This document shows positions 60,088 to 64,000 of a DNA stretch of 64,000 nucleotides, piece after piece. The stretch is taken from the NCBI GenBank assembly GCA_963842525.1, contig CAWJGT010000024.1:139995-203994 (forward strand), in the 5' to 3' direction. The DNA comes from an uncultured Holophagales bacterium (GTDB lineage: Bacteria; Acidobacteriota; Thermoanaerobaculia; Multivoradales; UBA5704). The notes under the pieces were generated by a model. That model had not been told where the DNA came from. It saw nothing but the letters and a program-made list of their open reading frames with translations, and ran no database searches. Position numbers and translations under genes: made by a program. Numbering within the stretch: the first letter of the stretch is position 1; each line of letters begins with the position of its first letter.

Positions 60088-60231
60088 AAAGGGGCGGCCA
60101 GATGCCGGATCAATTGCCAAACCGATCTTTGATGGTATAACTAAACGAGTCCCGCCGCAGCGAACACCGCTTCGTTCCGTCTCGTGCGTTGACTCCGGCA
60201 CGGGCGGATTTTCAGGGAGGAGCGATCGAGG

Positions 60232-60604
60232 ATGTATCCGACGGATTATCTCTATTCGAGGGAACACGAGTGGATCCGCGTCGAAGACGACATCTGCATC
60301 CTGGGCATCACCGATTTCGCGCAGCAGGAGCTGGGCGAGGTGGTGTTCGTCGAGCTGCCGGAAGTCGGCCAGGTCTTCGACGCCAATGACGAGATCGGCA
60401 CGATCGAATCGGTCAAAGCCGTCGCCGAGGTCTACACCCCGGTGGCCGGCGAGATCATCGAGATCAACGACGCCGTGGTCGACGACCCCGAGCTGCTCAA
60501 CGAAGACCCGCACAGCGAGGGCTGGCTCCTCAAGATCCGGTTCTCCTCGGCGGACGACCTCAAGCAGCTCATGAAAGCCCAGCAGTACGAGGAGTTCGTG
60601 AAAA

Positions 60605-60618
<14 letters not shown>
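60232..60618 (+). CDS. gcvH: Glycine cleavage system H protein
   Basis: HEWI, GITDFAQ..LG.VVFVELP, IESVKA lipoyl-lysine site. Confidence 0.95.
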
Positions 60619-63607
<2,989 letters not shown>

Positions 63608-63616
63608 AGCCTCCTC

Positions 63617-63997
63617 GTGAAGCGGTACGAGGTCATCCTGCTCGCGCTGTTCCTGGCGTGCTGGGCCATCGAGCTTGTGGTGACTTTCGGGCTGGTGCGG
63701 ATCGACGGGACGCTGCCGCTGGCCCTCTATCCCTACTACACGGCGGCGATGTCGTTGGGCTGGCTCTTCGGCCTGATCTTCGTCCAGCGCACCCGCAACT
63801 TCGATCGCGCCCTCCGCCGCCGCTTCGCCATCCTCTACATCGCCGGTCCGGCGGGCATCCTCTTTCTTCTGCGCGACATGGCGCCGCTGACCTGGAAGCA
63901 GGCGGCGCCCCTGGTCCCCCTCTACGGCCTCGGCGTCTACATCATCTTCTTCTTCGTGCCGGTGATCTTCCGCGTCCCGGTCGGGCGGGGGCGGTAG
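63617..63997 (+). CDS. Hypothetical membrane protein
   Basis: 126 aa with about 4 hydrophobic segments. Confidence 0.6.
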   Translation: MKRYEVILLALFLACWAIELVVTFGLVRIDGTLPLALYPYYTAAMSLGWLFGLIFVQRTRNFDRALRRRFAILYIAGPAGILFLLRDMAPLTWKQAAPLVPLYGLGVYIIFFFVPVIFRVPVGRGR

Positions 63998-64000
63998 GGG

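Overview
High-GC bacterial chromosomal window. Gene content suggests Acidobacteriota, probably Thermoanaerobaculia (inference). The housekeeping backbone has Slt70, tRNA-Ile2, yggS-divIVA, hutI, argR, fadJ, ileS, a phosphohexomutase, polA and gcvTHP, with accessory DNA interleaved. Main points: (1) a three-gene operon resembling a split VioB/RebD chromopyrrolate synthase plus a secreted protein with a VioE-like N-terminal pattern, with no tryptophan oxidase nearby; (2) an intact polA flanked on both sides by diverged copies of its own 5' and 3' ends, each enclosing an integrase-free cargo block; (3) in one block, a candidate defence gene (Mrr-like REase, wHTH, PIN) split by an IS66/ISBst12-type element with clear TIRs and an 8-bp TSD; (4) three tandem secreted paralogs, each with a duplicated C-terminal domain; (5) six toxin-antitoxin-like pairs, gene stubs with deleted centres, REP-like inverted repeats and 20-21-nt tandem arrays. 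Many single-base frameshifts, some in ileS and gcvP, look like sequencing indels. All family calls come from motif recognition by eye; no searches were run.
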